A stretch of 64,000 bases of DNA from NCBI RefSeq assembly GCF_006345805.1, contig NC_043002.1, positions 50,344,001 through 50,408,000 of the forward strand, written 5' to 3'. The position numbers and the translations under genes are program-made. Source of the DNA: Octopus sinensis. Taxonomy: Eukaryota. This document shows, in pieces, positions 62,630 to 64,000 of this stretch; the stretch's first letter is position 1; every line of letters begins with the position of its first letter. Under the pieces are notes generated by a model that did no database searches, had not been told where the DNA came from, and saw only the letters and a list, made by a program, of their open reading frames with translations.

Positions 62630-63010
62630 CTATAAATACTTGTAAAATCTCTTATATGAGCTAAAGGTATGTTTCTGCCAGTACTTACATTTGTAAGATC
62701 GCTCTATAAGTGTGTTAACAAGGTGATTCTTAGAGAAGAGAATATGGAAGAGTTCAGAGTTGCAAATGTTACAAAATCCTTTGCCCTTATCATAAGGTAA
62801 AGATATGGACAGGATGAACTAATCTAACTTAAAATCCTTATTGTTGTCTTTAAGATACCAAACCAATTTACTTAGCCCTGTGCTATGACATTTACTGCAA
62901 TCCCTAAATGAAGAATAATGATTGGAAATTCTCTTAGATAACTGGGAAGAGGATGCGCCAATGTAGAAGTAAACATCGGTACTGCAAGAAATTTTACATT
63001 GGTATATAAA
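62630..63010 (-). pseudogene. PLE GIY-YIG endonuclease domain
   Basis: IYQCKISCSTDVYFYIGASSSQLSKRISNHYSSFR..STGLSKLVWYLKDNNKDFKLD*FI..FCNICNSELFHIL..LVN..SYKCKY. An inverted partial copy (YLKDNNENFKFDWLIL) lies on + at 63028-63090. Confidence 0.85.
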
Positions 63011-63129
63011 ATTCTTGATCTTAGGTTTTGTATCTTAAAGACAACAATGAGAATTTTAAGTTTGATTGGTTAATCCTGTTGAAAGTTGACAGAGCTGATG
63101 TTCATTATGTTTCCTGCAGTGATATATCA

Positions 63130-63400
63130 TTTTTATCAGATGCCTCAGATGAAAATTTCTCCAAATGTTCTTTGAACACATCCACATTAACACGTCGTAG
63201 ATCTCTGAGGTTGATTGGGATAGTGTTGAAAATTTGTGGGCCTTTGAAAGCTAAGCTGTTACAGTATTGGCTCCTTACTCTAGACGGAGAGGGCGGGAGC
63301 TTTAGTACTATGCATTGGTGCTCATCTCAGAGTTTACTATAGATTTCAATCTCAAAGTTGGGTACTCAATATAAAGTACCATTCATTTTTCTTCGAAGAT
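63130..63400 (-). pseudogene. CR1/L2-like LINE ORF2 3' fragment
   Basis: VPNFEIE..QCIVLKLPPSPSRVRSQYCNSLAFKGPQIFNTIPINLRDL..VDVFKEHLEKF. Confidence 0.75.
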
Positions 63401-64000
63401 TTATTCAAGTAAAATATACAACACATTATTTGTAGAGGTAAAATGATGTTCATATAACATATATATGGCCATATTAGCATCCAGGAATAAAACATCTGTT
63501 GGCGATCGGAGATTAAACTGCTCGATATTTAGATAAACGATATCTATAAGCTTTATTTGCAAGCTCCAGCTGTTTGTCCTGAAATGCCCCTTAAAGAGAA
63601 TTAACTGTTATGATATGTTTCCTAGGTCGGAATTTCGTGGACACTAACATATATTTTGCTGAAGATATAGCGTTTGTACACTGTTTGACACAGCAAAAGC
63701 AGCTGTATGACAGCAATTTGTGCAAAGAAATATAATATGTTAAACGTCTTTTAATACAATCCATACATGTGAGTAAAGAAGAGCTATGATGGAGAGGAAG
63801 TAACCTGTAGCAGTGAAAAAGCACATCAGTCAAAACGTTGGAATGAACGAAGTACGAAGTAAGAATTATGCAGAGAGCTTGTAGAAATCAAGCTTTTCTG
63901 ATTGATATTTGAAACCGGTATCATTCTGAAAGAAAATTATTATCTTTTCATTTAAACCAAGTCCACAGTGCAGATTTGAATGAAAACGGCAATACTACAA

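Overview
AT-rich eukaryotic DNA, dense in microsatellites and almost entirely made of transposable-element relics. The SINE families and TE landscape look like an octopus (coleoid cephalopod) genome; this is inferred from remembered repeat families, not from a search. No intact gene can be called with confidence, and most ORFs in the supplied track are translated microsatellites. Supported features: three abundant tRNA-derived SINE families (about 45 copies); a Helitron RepHel C-terminus plus a non-autonomous Helitron with the same 3' end; Tigger/pogo, mariner, maT-like and hAT transposase remnants; R4/Dong-like (RLE), RTE and CR1/L2-like LINE fragments; and at least five Penelope-like (PLE) fragments. 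The most striking unexplained structure is about ten hammerhead-ribozyme (HHR) folds: one fully canonical, two near-intact, three degenerate, and four in a roughly 185-bp non-coding element that sits in (TA)n tracts. Also notable are two tRNA-like cassettes framed by inverted repeats, a spacer-less palindrome of about 590 bp, an 812-bp tandem duplication of a CpG-rich promoter or first-exon-like segment, a 100-N assembly gap, and several isolated candidate exons whose strand cannot be resolved by eye.
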